The translations under genes and the position numbers were made by a program. A DNA stretch of 64,000 nt from Coprococcus sp. Lineage in GTDB: Bacteria; Bacillota; Clostridia; Lachnospirales; Lachnospiraceae. Below, piece by piece: positions 38,459 through 47,029 of this stretch; the first letter of the stretch is position 1; each line of letters starts with the position of its first letter. The stretch spans positions 551 to 64,550 of the forward strand of contig JBNMKK010000006.1 in the NCBI GenBank assembly GCA_050874325.1. The letters run 5' to 3'. A model generated the notes under the pieces. That model had not been told where the DNA came from and made no database searches. It saw only the letters and a program-made list of their open reading frames with translations.

Positions 38459-40567
38459 TTACTGCTCGAATAACAGCTGCTCGTATGTTGGGAATGGCCA
38501 AGCTGTCTTTGGAAGTTCCTTCTCAAGTTCATCAGCAGGTTTTCTCACTGAATCAAATGCTGCAAATACTGTGTTGTGGAAGTACTTAGCCCAAGCCTCT
38601 GTATCTCCCTCGTAATCTGCAGCCTTTGCGACCAGCTCCTCAAGGGCTACTGTAGCGCTCTTGAGCTCTGTGAGTTTCTCTGAGATAGTGTTAAGAAGTG
38701 ATACCTGAACTGTAGGATCAATTCCAAGAGCCTTGATCTCAGCAGCACCCTTTGCAAGCTCTGCCTGATATTCCATAACTGCAGGGATGATCTCCTCGTT
38801 TGACATCTCGATCATTGTGAGTGCCTCAATGTTGATCTTCTTTGCATAGTTCTCAAGCATTACATCAGCTCTCGCCTCAAGCTCTGCCTTGTTCATGACT
38901 CCAAGTCCCTCGAAGATCTTGACGCTCCCCTCTGCTGCAAGATAAGGAACAGCGTCAACCATGCACTTGATATTTGGAAGACCACGCTTTGCAGCCTCCT
39001 CAACCCACTCGTCTGAGTAACCGTTGCCGTTGAAGATGATCCTCTGATGTGCTGTGAGCTCTCTTCTGATGAGTGCCTTGCATGCTGTCTCGAAATCATC
39101 AGCGCCCTCAAGCTCATCTGTCATCTTCTTGATCTGATCTGCAACTATTGTATTAAGTACCATCATTGGGAATGCGATGGACTGTGTTGAACCAACCATT
39201 CTGAACTCGAACTTGTTACCTGTGAATGCAAATGGTGATGTTCTGTTTCTATCTGTGGCATCCATTGTAAATGTAGGAAGTGTTGATGCACCTGATACAT
39301 ATGTCTTACCCTTTGGTGACTCTGTAGCCTCGCCCTTCTCAATGATCTGCTCAACGATCGACTGGAGCTGCTCTCCAAGGAATGCTGAGATGATTGCTGG
39401 AGGTGCCTCGTTAGCTCCAAGTCTGTGATCGTTTCCAGCCGATGATGCTGAAAGTCTCAGGAGCTCAGCGTTGTTATCTACTGCTGCCAGAACCGCTGCA
39501 AGGAAGAACTGGAACTGGAGATTTGTCTCAGGGTGCTTTCCTGGGTCTATAAGATTCTCGCCCTCGTCTGTTGAGATCGACCAGTTGTTGTGCTTACCTG
39601 AACCATTTACTCCGGCAAATGGTTTCTCATGAAGTACACACTCAAGGTCATGCTTTGCTGCGATCTTCTTCATAGTTGCCATAACCAGATGGTTCTGATC
39701 TGTAGCAATGTTGGTTGTTGAGAAGATTGGAGCAAGCTCATGCTGTGCAGGAGCAACCTCGTTGTGCTGTGTCTTTGCAAGGATGCCGTACTTCCACAGC
39801 TCCTCATTCAGCTCTGTCATGTATGATGCGATCTTATCCTTGATCGCTGCGAAATACTGATCGTCAAGCTCCTGTCCCTTTGGAGGCATTGCTCCGAAAA
39901 GTGTACGTCCGCAGAGCTTAAGATCTGTTCTCTTTGCAAATTTCTTCTTGTCGATCAGGAAGTATTCCTGCTCAGGACCAACTGATGAGGTAACTTTCTT
40001 AGCTGTTGTGTTGCCGAACATTGCAAGAGCCTTAAGAGCCTCCTTGCTGATGGCATCCATTGAACGGAGAAGAGGTGTCTTGTAATCAAGTGACTCTCCT
40101 GTATATGATGTGAAAGCTGCTGGGATGCAGAGGATACATGTTCCCTCATCTGTTGTCTTTACAAATGCAGGTGATGTACAATCCCATGCTGTATATCCTC
40201 TTGCAGCGCATGTCTCACGAAGACCGCCTGAAGGGAATGATGAGGCATCCGGCTCTGACTTGATGAGCTCCTTGCCTGTGAACTGGAGGATAACGCCACC
40301 GTCACCGACTGTGCTTACAAACGAATCATGTTTCTCTGCTGTTGTCTCTGTGAGTGGCTGGAACCAATGTGTATAATGTGTTGCACCAAGCTCCATTGCC
40401 CATTCCTTCATAGCTGCTGCAACTGAATCTGCGATTGATGTATCGAGAGGCTCTCCCTTGTCAATAGTCGCCTTGAGTGACTTGTAAACTGCCTTTGGAA
40501 GTCTCTCTCTCATGACCTGATCTGAGAATACGTGTGAGCCAAATACGGCTGAAATTTTGTTCATCAT
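38459..40567 (-). CDS. glnA: Glutamine synthetase type III
   Basis: HYTHWFQPLT..AEKHDSF, EPDASSFPSGGLR, GPEQEYFL, HNEVAPAQHE, GSGKHNNWS, DRNRTSPFAFTGNKFEFR. Start at ATG 40567 after AAAGGAG. Confidence 0.97.
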   Translation of the reverse strand: MMNKISAVFGSHVFSDQVMRERLPKAVYKSLKATIDKGEPLDTSIADSVAAAMKEWAMELGATHYTHWFQPLTETTAEKHDSFVSTVGDGGVILQFTGKELIKSEPDASSFPSGGLRETCAARGYTAWDCTSPAFVKTTDEGTCILCIPAAFTSYTGESLDYKTPLLRSMDAISKEALKALAMFGNTTAKKVTSSVGPEQEYFLIDKKKFAKRTDLKLCGRTLFGAMPPKGQELDDQYFAAIKDKIASYMTELNEELWKYGILAKTQHNEVAPAQHELAPIFSTTNIATDQNHLVMATMKKIAAKHDLECVLHEKPFAGVNGSGKHNNWSISTDEGENLIDPGKHPETNLQFQFFLAAVLAAVDNNAELLRLSASSAGNDHRLGANEAPPAIISAFLGEQLQSIVEQIIEKGEATESPKGKTYVSGASTLPTFTMDATDRNRTSPFAFTGNKFEFRMVGSTQSIAFPMMVLNTIVADQIKKMTDELEGADDFETACKALIRRELTAHQRIIFNGNGYSDEWVEEAAKRGLPNIKCMVDAVPYLAAEGSVKIFEGLGVMNKAELEARADVMLENYAKKINIEALTMIEMSNEEIIPAVMEYQAELAKGAAEIKALGIDPTVQVSLLNTISEKLTELKSATVALEELVAKAADYEGDTEAWAKYFHNTVFAAFDSVRKPADELEKELPKTAWPFPTYEQLLFEQ

Positions 40568-40707
40568 AATTACTACTCCTTTCTTTGAACACCAGCCATT
40601 GATAATTGCCTTCGGCAAGGCTGGTGCCGCATGTCAGCTTTTCTCCGAAAACCTGACACATATCATGATAAATAAATTTGATTAAAAATGAATCCTTAAC
40701 GTATTCT

Positions 40708-40752
40708 CAAAAAAAGAGAAAGGTGTCCTCCTTCTTGAGAACACCTTTGTCC
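40708..40752 (-). terminator. Intrinsic terminator or attenuator upstream of glnA
   Basis: Minus strand AAAGGTGTTCTC-AAGAAG-GAGGACACCTTT followed by CTCTTTTTTT. Confidence 0.75.
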
Positions 40753-40826
40753 ATTTCGTATCATCTAATTGTTGACTATAAAATACTCCAAATCATTCCA
40801 AAAATCAACCCCTAATTTTAAAAAAA

Positions 40827-41546
40827 TTAAATATAGCAGATACTGTCCTCATCCACGCAGTAGCAGGCAAGCCTTCCGCCCCTGTTTCTCTCTCCATTTC
40901 CGCAGTCAATATCCATATAATAAGGTGTCATGTAAACATTGTAGGAGTGATCTTCATTAAGCCTGTTCGTTGTCACATGCCCACAGAACACATACCTGTC
41001 AAAAGCCTTCTTGTCTGCAAATGGAACATTGTGGATATCAGGCGAGATGAGAAATCTGTATTCATCTCTTTTTACGGCATTTGTTATGGACTCAGTGATA
41101 TTGATCGTCCTGTCATCATTCCTTATATATGAACCACAATGAATGCCCGAATGGGTTACAACACAATCTCCGTACTTCGGCGACTTGATCTCAGTGTAAT
41201 GTGGCAGATGTGCAAGATACCCATGCAACTTCATCTGATCATCCACATTGAGCTTTTTGATATCTCTGACTGTTCCACCACCGCCGAATATGATCCACTG
41301 ACGCTCTGATATACTTCCATCTATGTACATCTGGGCAAACAGCTCATGGTTACCCTTTATGAGCTGCAGGGAACCATTCACAAGATAGGCCGACATAAAC
41401 TCAAGAAGAGGGATTCCCTCATCGTTCCAGTCGAATATGTCTCCCATGACTATCATCTGATCCCTGATCGGATCAAAACTTATATTTTTCAGCATTTTCC
41501 TGAATGATATGACATCACCATGGATGTCGGATATAAGATATAACAT
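40827..41546 (-). CDS. Calcineurin-like metallophosphoesterase (Ser/Thr phosphatase-like)
   Basis: SDIHG, GDIFD, KGNHE, THSG, GHVT, IDCG. Confidence 0.9.
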   Translation of the reverse strand: MLYLISDIHGDVISFRKMLKNISFDPIRDQMIVMGDIFDWNDEGIPLLEFMSAYLVNGSLQLIKGNHELFAQMYIDGSISERQWIIFGGGGTVRDIKKLNVDDQMKLHGYLAHLPHYTEIKSPKYGDCVVTHSGIHCGSYIRNDDRTINITESITNAVKRDEYRFLISPDIHNVPFADKKAFDRYVFCGHVTTNRLNEDHSYNVYMTPYYMDIDCGNGERNRGGRLACYCVDEDSICYI

Positions 41547-41572
41547 TTATACATCCTTTGACAATCATTATA

Positions 41573-42076
41573 TTATCCCAGTCTTTTCACAAGCTCCTCA
41601 TATATCTCCTCCGCCACCGCCAGCTTGTACGCAAGCCTTGTCGGCTGAGGCGGGAGTTCAACATAATACGTCTGCACATCGCCATCTATGTCCATGGCAA
41701 AATACACCTGTCCCGGAACTGACGCGTTCGGATTTGCCGGATCCACATTGCCCATGGTACCTGTCACCCCGATCCCTATATTCGCATTATATGTCTTTCT
41801 ACAAGCCTGCGCCATTGAACCTGCAGTTTCCTTTGAGTAGACTGTGTACTTGTCTATGATCTCCGCCGGGACTCCCTGCATGATCTTCGCCTCATTGCAG
41901 TAGGTGACAAATGCGCCCTTAAGCACCGCGGATGAACCTTCCGTGTCTGTGATGAGGGATGCAATCTGCCCTGAGGTGGCGGACTCCATAGTTGTGATTG
42001 TTAGGTTGCGTGAGATAAGGATTTTAGTCAGCTTATGATAGTTTTCTCTTATATTATTCTCATTATATTGTTTCAT
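41573..42076 (-). CDS. CinA C-terminal / PncC-like (NMN amidohydrolase fold) protein
   Basis: TTMESATSGQIA, GSSAVLKGAFVTYCNEAK, IGVTGTMG. Start moved to ATG 42076 after GGGAGA. Confidence 0.85.
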   Translation of the reverse strand: MKQYNENNIRENYHKLTKILISRNLTITTMESATSGQIASLITDTEGSSAVLKGAFVTYCNEAKIMQGVPAEIIDKYTVYSKETAGSMAQACRKTYNANIGIGVTGTMGNVDPANPNASVPGQVYFAMDIDGDVQTYYVELPPQPTRLAYKLAVAEEIYEELVKRLG

Positions 42077-43184
42077 ATTGTCTCCCATTTTTCGATACAT
42101 CTCCAAAATAAAACATACGCAGACATAATATCATAGCCGGAATAACCACATCTGTAATAAGGAGCAATGTCTCTGCCGGCTTAATATAACCAACCTCCGC
42201 CAATACAGTGTATATGAGCAGAAATGCCTCGACCATGTATAAACCTAGCACAAATACCCCTCGTCTGGCAGAAAACTTCATAATTTTCACAGCCGACCAA
42301 ATAACTGCCAATGACAAAATTGCAAATAATACGAACCACAATACACACACGGCTATTCCCGCCTGAGTCTCAATTATTGTGATATTATATCTTGCCTCAA
42401 AAAACTGGTCTGGTATACTTCCGGACTGTGACATGTCATTTACAATTGATGCACCAGATATCTTCTGTCTGCTGGTAAATATATCTTCACATCCTGCAAG
42501 CAACAGTATCACTCCACACAATAAAGATACAAGACAAACTGCAATATTCAATCTACGCTGCACCGACATATATATGATAAACATAACGGTTTCGGCACAT
42601 ACAATCGCAAATGTAAGATCATCTTTACATGTCACAAGCTTTACACTTGCCACATTTGCAAGCCCGATCAAGAACCATATCGACATTGCCCCCCATTTAC
42701 TCTTTACAAGTTCTACACTCTTGATCATTACTACAAATGCAAGTATCGTTATAATGAACGCATATATCCTGTCACTTCCAGATCCAAATAATCCCCAGTG
42801 ACCACCATCATCAAATCCACTGTCGGTATGTATCGAAAACATTGTCCCCATCAAGCAGATCAATGCATACAGAAATACTAACAAAAACACCGAAGTTTCA
42901 TCTATATATTTCTTTTTGTTCGTCATAAATGAACCGCAGTAACGTATAACACCATATGTCTTCTCAAATATTTTCTCAAGTGGCAGTACAAAAAGTATCA
43001 CACCGACAAGAATACATATAAGGATATGTTTAACTTGATCTGCCGTTCCAACTCCACCTATGTACCCGGCAAAAAATGTATTTTCGGTTCTTGCCATTAT
43101 CGCCCACATCACCGCATAACAGATAGATGATGTTATGAAAGCCGGTATGGCTTTTTTTAATATATCTAATTGTTTATCCTTCAT
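42063..43184 (-). CDS. Multi-pass membrane protein with weak FtsW/RodA (SEDS)-like layout
   Basis: About 10 hydrophobic segments; start at ATG 43184 after AGAGG. The SEDS resemblance is by eye only. Confidence 0.6.
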   Translation of the reverse strand: MKDKQLDILKKAIPAFITSSICYAVMWAIMARTENTFFAGYIGGVGTADQVKHILICILVGVILFVLPLEKIFEKTYGVIRYCGSFMTNKKKYIDETSVFLLVFLYALICLMGTMFSIHTDSGFDDGGHWGLFGSGSDRIYAFIITILAFVVMIKSVELVKSKWGAMSIWFLIGLANVASVKLVTCKDDLTFAIVCAETVMFIIYMSVQRRLNIAVCLVSLLCGVILLLAGCEDIFTSRQKISGASIVNDMSQSGSIPDQFFEARYNITIIETQAGIAVCVLWFVLFAILSLAVIWSAVKIMKFSARRGVFVLGLYMVEAFLLIYTVLAEVGYIKPAETLLLITDVVIPAMILCLRMFYFGDVSKNGRQYETI

Positions 43185-43216
43185 TTGTACAACCTCTCTT
43201 CCAATCGACATACAAG

Positions 43217-44857
43217 TTATTTGATTTTAAAACTGGCCTCTCCCAACAACTCTCCAGTTGTATAATCGTATACTGTTAACGATGCAGTTCCCGGATATAT
43301 CCCATTGTCACCACCAGCCATGTATACATAACATGCAAATCCAGGCGTCACTCCATAAAAAACATCTTCAAATGATTCGCCATCCGTAAAAGTTCCCACA
43401 TACCTTAGACTTGTTCCCTCTGGCGGGGCAGATATTACTTTCCAATGAAAATATATGCAGGTAACTCCCTGTTCGTATACCCTTTTATCAGTCGTTAAAT
43501 CATCCTCTGAATCATTGACCTTTATTGCCGATATTTTTACTCCTACACCACTGCTCTGCTCTCCAATACTTTCATCTGCATTTCCTGCATCTGTATAATC
43601 TGTATTGTCTTCTACATCTGCCGCCCCTTCATCACTACTAGTTTCTGTATTGTCAAACTTTTTGACATTCCCGGCTTTTCGTAAAGCAGGCTTGCTCTGA
43701 TCATCCTTTAAACTGCCAGCCTTCATTTCTGTTGTACTGCCCGTTATATTTTTTGTCAGATTTTCGGTCGTTGTGTCAGACGCAACGGATGTGAATTCTT
43801 CTGTGGTATTTCTTCTTTTAGGGGCTGATCTATTCAGCTGAACGGCTAGAACAATACAGATGGCTACAGCAGCTACACCTATTATAGGCGCACAAATCAT
43901 GACAATCTTTCTAAGCATGCTTACATTATCTATATTGTCATGTCCCATCAAATCTCTTCTCAATGCATCAACACTTTGGTAACGACTTTCCGTTTTGACC
44001 TCCATGGACTTCATGATCACATCACTTAAGTACTTTGGAATTTCGTTATTTATAGCATCAGGCGCTGGCAGCTTATCTTCTACCATCCTCTCAACGGACT
44101 CCTGTGGCATCACACCTGTAAACATTCTGTACATTGTGGCTCCAAGTGCGTATATATCAGTCCATGGTCCAAAATCACCACGACTCAGATACTGCTCAGG
44201 GGGTGCATATCCATGTTTCAATACTATTGATACAGTCTGAGTATATGTATCAATAGTCTGTTTTGCAGCACCAAAGTCAAGCAGTTTTACCGTGGAATCA
44301 TTACATATAAAGATATTTTCCGGGCTGATGTCCCTGTGTATGATCCCCGCTCTATGAACAGCATCCAGCGCGGTAATCAGACTGTCCATCATATACAATC
44401 CTGTATTGATATCTATCCGCTCCCCATTTAACCTAATATACTCCCTGAGCGTACATCCTTCAAGATACTCCATAACCATATATGCTGTGTTGTTCTCCTC
44501 AAAAAAATCGAACACACTTACTATACCCGGTATTTCATTAAACCGAGCAAGGTCCTTTGCTTCTTTCAGGAACCTATGTATACCTCGATTAAACTCATCA
44601 GCATTCATAGACGTAAACACACTGACAGAGGAGTCGCCAGGCATTCTATTTACAACGCTTTTAGGGAAATATTCCTTTATAGCTACATATGAGTTCAGCA
44701 AAGCATCCCACGCCTTATATGTAACCCCAAATCCACCAGAACCTAATACATTTTCTATAACATACCTGCCCCGGAGAGATACCCCTTGCCGTAAAAATGG
44801 GAGATCACTTACAATTTCTCTTCCTGACACCCTAATATTATTATCATAAGTACTCAT
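43217..44857 (-). CDS. Hanks-type Ser/Thr protein kinase with TM and extracellular C-terminal domain
   Basis: LGSGGFGVTY, VAIKE, HRDISPEN, DFG, GYAPPEQ, DIYALG; TM near aa 320-340; T/S/D-rich linker. Confidence 0.95.
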   Translation of the reverse strand: MSTYDNNIRVSGREIVSDLPFLRQGVSLRGRYVIENVLGSGGFGVTYKAWDALLNSYVAIKEYFPKSVVNRMPGDSSVSVFTSMNADEFNRGIHRFLKEAKDLARFNEIPGIVSVFDFFEENNTAYMVMEYLEGCTLREYIRLNGERIDINTGLYMMDSLITALDAVHRAGIIHRDISPENIFICNDSTVKLLDFGAAKQTIDTYTQTVSIVLKHGYAPPEQYLSRGDFGPWTDIYALGATMYRMFTGVMPQESVERMVEDKLPAPDAINNEIPKYLSDVIMKSMEVKTESRYQSVDALRRDLMGHDNIDNVSMLRKIVMICAPIIGVAAVAICIVLAVQLNRSAPKRRNTTEEFTSVASDTTTENLTKNITGSTTEMKAGSLKDDQSKPALRKAGNVKKFDNTETSSDEGAADVEDNTDYTDAGNADESIGEQSSGVGVKISAIKVNDSEDDLTTDKRVYEQGVTCIYFHWKVISAPPEGTSLRYVGTFTDGESFEDVFYGVTPGFACYVYMAGGDNGIYPGTASLTVYDYTTGELLGEASFKIK

Positions 44858-44869
44858 ACCAATCCCCCA

Positions 44870-45457
44870 CTAATCGACCTGCAAATAACTATAATCTGAT
44901 TTTATAGCATTCTTTATCTGCGCTATAGCATCATCCACCGATGTAAGATTGCCATGATTATAATTCCATGACGCATCCAAAATATAACTGTAAAATGCAA
45001 CGTCATAGTCACACAAATTATTACTGTTTATTTCCAATCCATTTCTTTTCCATGTGCTGAGGGGATTTTCACCGCCTAATATTTCTGTAGAACCATACCC
45101 ATCTGATATTGCCCGATCTACCGCAGCTGTATTGTTGACAAAATCGACATTATCGCATTGCATCTGATACATTACATCCGTATCGCAGCATAATGTATAC
45201 AATACAAGTGCAGCCAATTCTTTATTACTACATTTGGTCGTTACCGTAAGGTATGTCCCACCCCAATAATATGAATTTGGTCCCTGGCATACATTTCTCT
45301 TTCCATATGTTGCAGATCCCTTGCTGTCATTTAAAGTTGAATAGACGAACCAAGGAGATCCAAAGTATCCAAATACATTTCCTGTCATTCCATCAAACCA
45401 AGTACTATCCCATACATCGCTCTCATACCTCAGTAATGTAATTGCTACGGACAGCAA
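44870..45457 (-). pseudogene. C-terminal fragment of a carbohydrate ABC solute-binding-protein-like domain, lacking its N-terminus and a start with an RBS
   Basis: VFGYFGSPWF, QGPNSYYWGGTY, DFVNN, LGGENP resemble the C-lobe of Clostridial sugar SBPs. In-frame stops lie just upstream (45464-45469); no signal peptide. Confidence 0.6.
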
Positions 45458-45650
45458 TCTTACTCATTACTGTACTTTATTTAAATGTACATCTCCGTCA
45501 GAGTATCTTGCGACCATTCTGCTATATGCTCTATTTGATGATGTCAACTTCCCTGAATATGCATCGGAGGTTGCCATCACAAGAAAAGCATCAGTCAGCA
45601 GAAGGTCTAAAGCAGCAACCGATCTCAACAATCCTCACTTTCAAAAGCTT

Positions 45651-46970
45651 ATGAACGATGCCCGCAGGGTTGACAAGCTGCAGGCATTTGCCACATACAC
45701 ACTGATCGTATTGTATTCTATCCAAATGCTTGCGACCATATTCTCATCAGTGTGGATAAGCAGCTATGATGCGACCAGTTTCAAGGGAACGCTTTTCAGT
45801 ATCGTGATGCTATGTGCATCCATAATACTGACGGCTCTAAGATTTATACCATTCTCTCTTCATAAGAAATACTCGGAGCTGAGTCTTGTACTTGAACATT
45901 CTGTACTTGACGAGAATCATAACACTTACAGTATCACATACAACCATTTTCAGAACTGCTCTGAATCATTCAATGCCATACAGCATAATCGGAGAATGAT
46001 CATAACCCTTTTCTGCATTGTTAGCGTGCTGTACGTTGTGGTATCGTTTGTATTTGACAGTTTTCCACTCCTGGTAGCACTGGTCAGCATAACATTTGGC
46101 GGCGTAATGCTCATAGACAGCATGCTGTACGACCACATTGCATACCGAAAGTATGATCTTTTCTTTTCCGATAAGGATACCAGACATACACCCTCTTCGG
46201 GATTTGGTGTTGCACGCATGTGTTCATGGGATTATGATCCAAAAATGGATTCTTTCAGACACACCGGATATAACAGGCTCACCAATTACAGTGAAGACTG
46301 CATAAGACATATATATGATCAGGTTGCCGACTGCTCAAGATACAGCTGGGCGACTCTGACTGCATTTATCATCACATTGTCATCCATCGGTGTAATAGCA
46401 GAGATTTTGCAGCTGGTGAAACCTGATTTCGGATATTTCCGTATGCCAACCGCATCAATGCTGTATTCCGTATCAATGATACTGATACTTTTGAATGGAA
46501 TACTCAACATTCTGATACTTCTGAGAGCCAGAGCGCACTATCAGAAAATTGCTGATTTCTCGTTCTTTGCCGGAAATCCGGATTCCGATAATCTCGCGGT
46601 GAGTCAGCTGTTCAGACACCATATGTATGCGGGTAACATATCAGACCTGGCAATTGCCAGAGGAATCTACAACTACAACTTTTGCATGTTCGAAAGCGGT
46701 ATCAGCACATCTGACATACAGCCTCCTGATGACAGATATCATCCGATGTATATCGTCAATCAGAAGATCCACCTCATCACCGATGTGGCTATATGTATAT
46801 TGGTCGCTTACTTCAGTATGGCTGTATGGCACACCAACAACCTGTCGAACATCGCCGTGCTGCCAATACTGGTGATCGTATATGTAGTGTATGCCTTTCT
46901 TATATATCCGGCACTCAAGTACAGAAAGATAAAACACAATATACGCAAACTTTTAAACGAACACAAATAG
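45651..46970 (+). CDS. Unknown membrane protein with about 8 TM segments, possibly 5'-truncated
   Basis: 439-aa ORF with four pairs of hydrophobic helices. No SD before ATG 45651, and the frame stays open upstream to 45345 without a start codon. Confidence 0.65.
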   Translation: MNDARRVDKLQAFATYTLIVLYSIQMLATIFSSVWISSYDATSFKGTLFSIVMLCASIILTALRFIPFSLHKKYSELSLVLEHSVLDENHNTYSITYNHFQNCSESFNAIQHNRRMIITLFCIVSVLYVVVSFVFDSFPLLVALVSITFGGVMLIDSMLYDHIAYRKYDLFFSDKDTRHTPSSGFGVARMCSWDYDPKMDSFRHTGYNRLTNYSEDCIRHIYDQVADCSRYSWATLTAFIITLSSIGVIAEILQLVKPDFGYFRMPTASMLYSVSMILILLNGILNILILLRARAHYQKIADFSFFAGNPDSDNLAVSQLFRHHMYAGNISDLAIARGIYNYNFCMFESGISTSDIQPPDDRYHPMYIVNQKIHLITDVAICILVAYFSMAVWHTNNLSNIAVLPILVIVYVVYAFLIYPALKYRKIKHNIRKLLNEHK

Positions 46971-46977
46971 ACATAAT

Positions 46978-47029
46978 AAAACTCCCGGAGATGATACATA
47001 TCAATCGTGTATCATTCCCGGGAGTTTTT
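46978..47029. terminator. Bidirectional terminator between convergent genes
   Basis: AAAACTCCCGG..ATGATACA....TGTATCAT..CCGGGAGTTTT. Confidence 0.8.
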
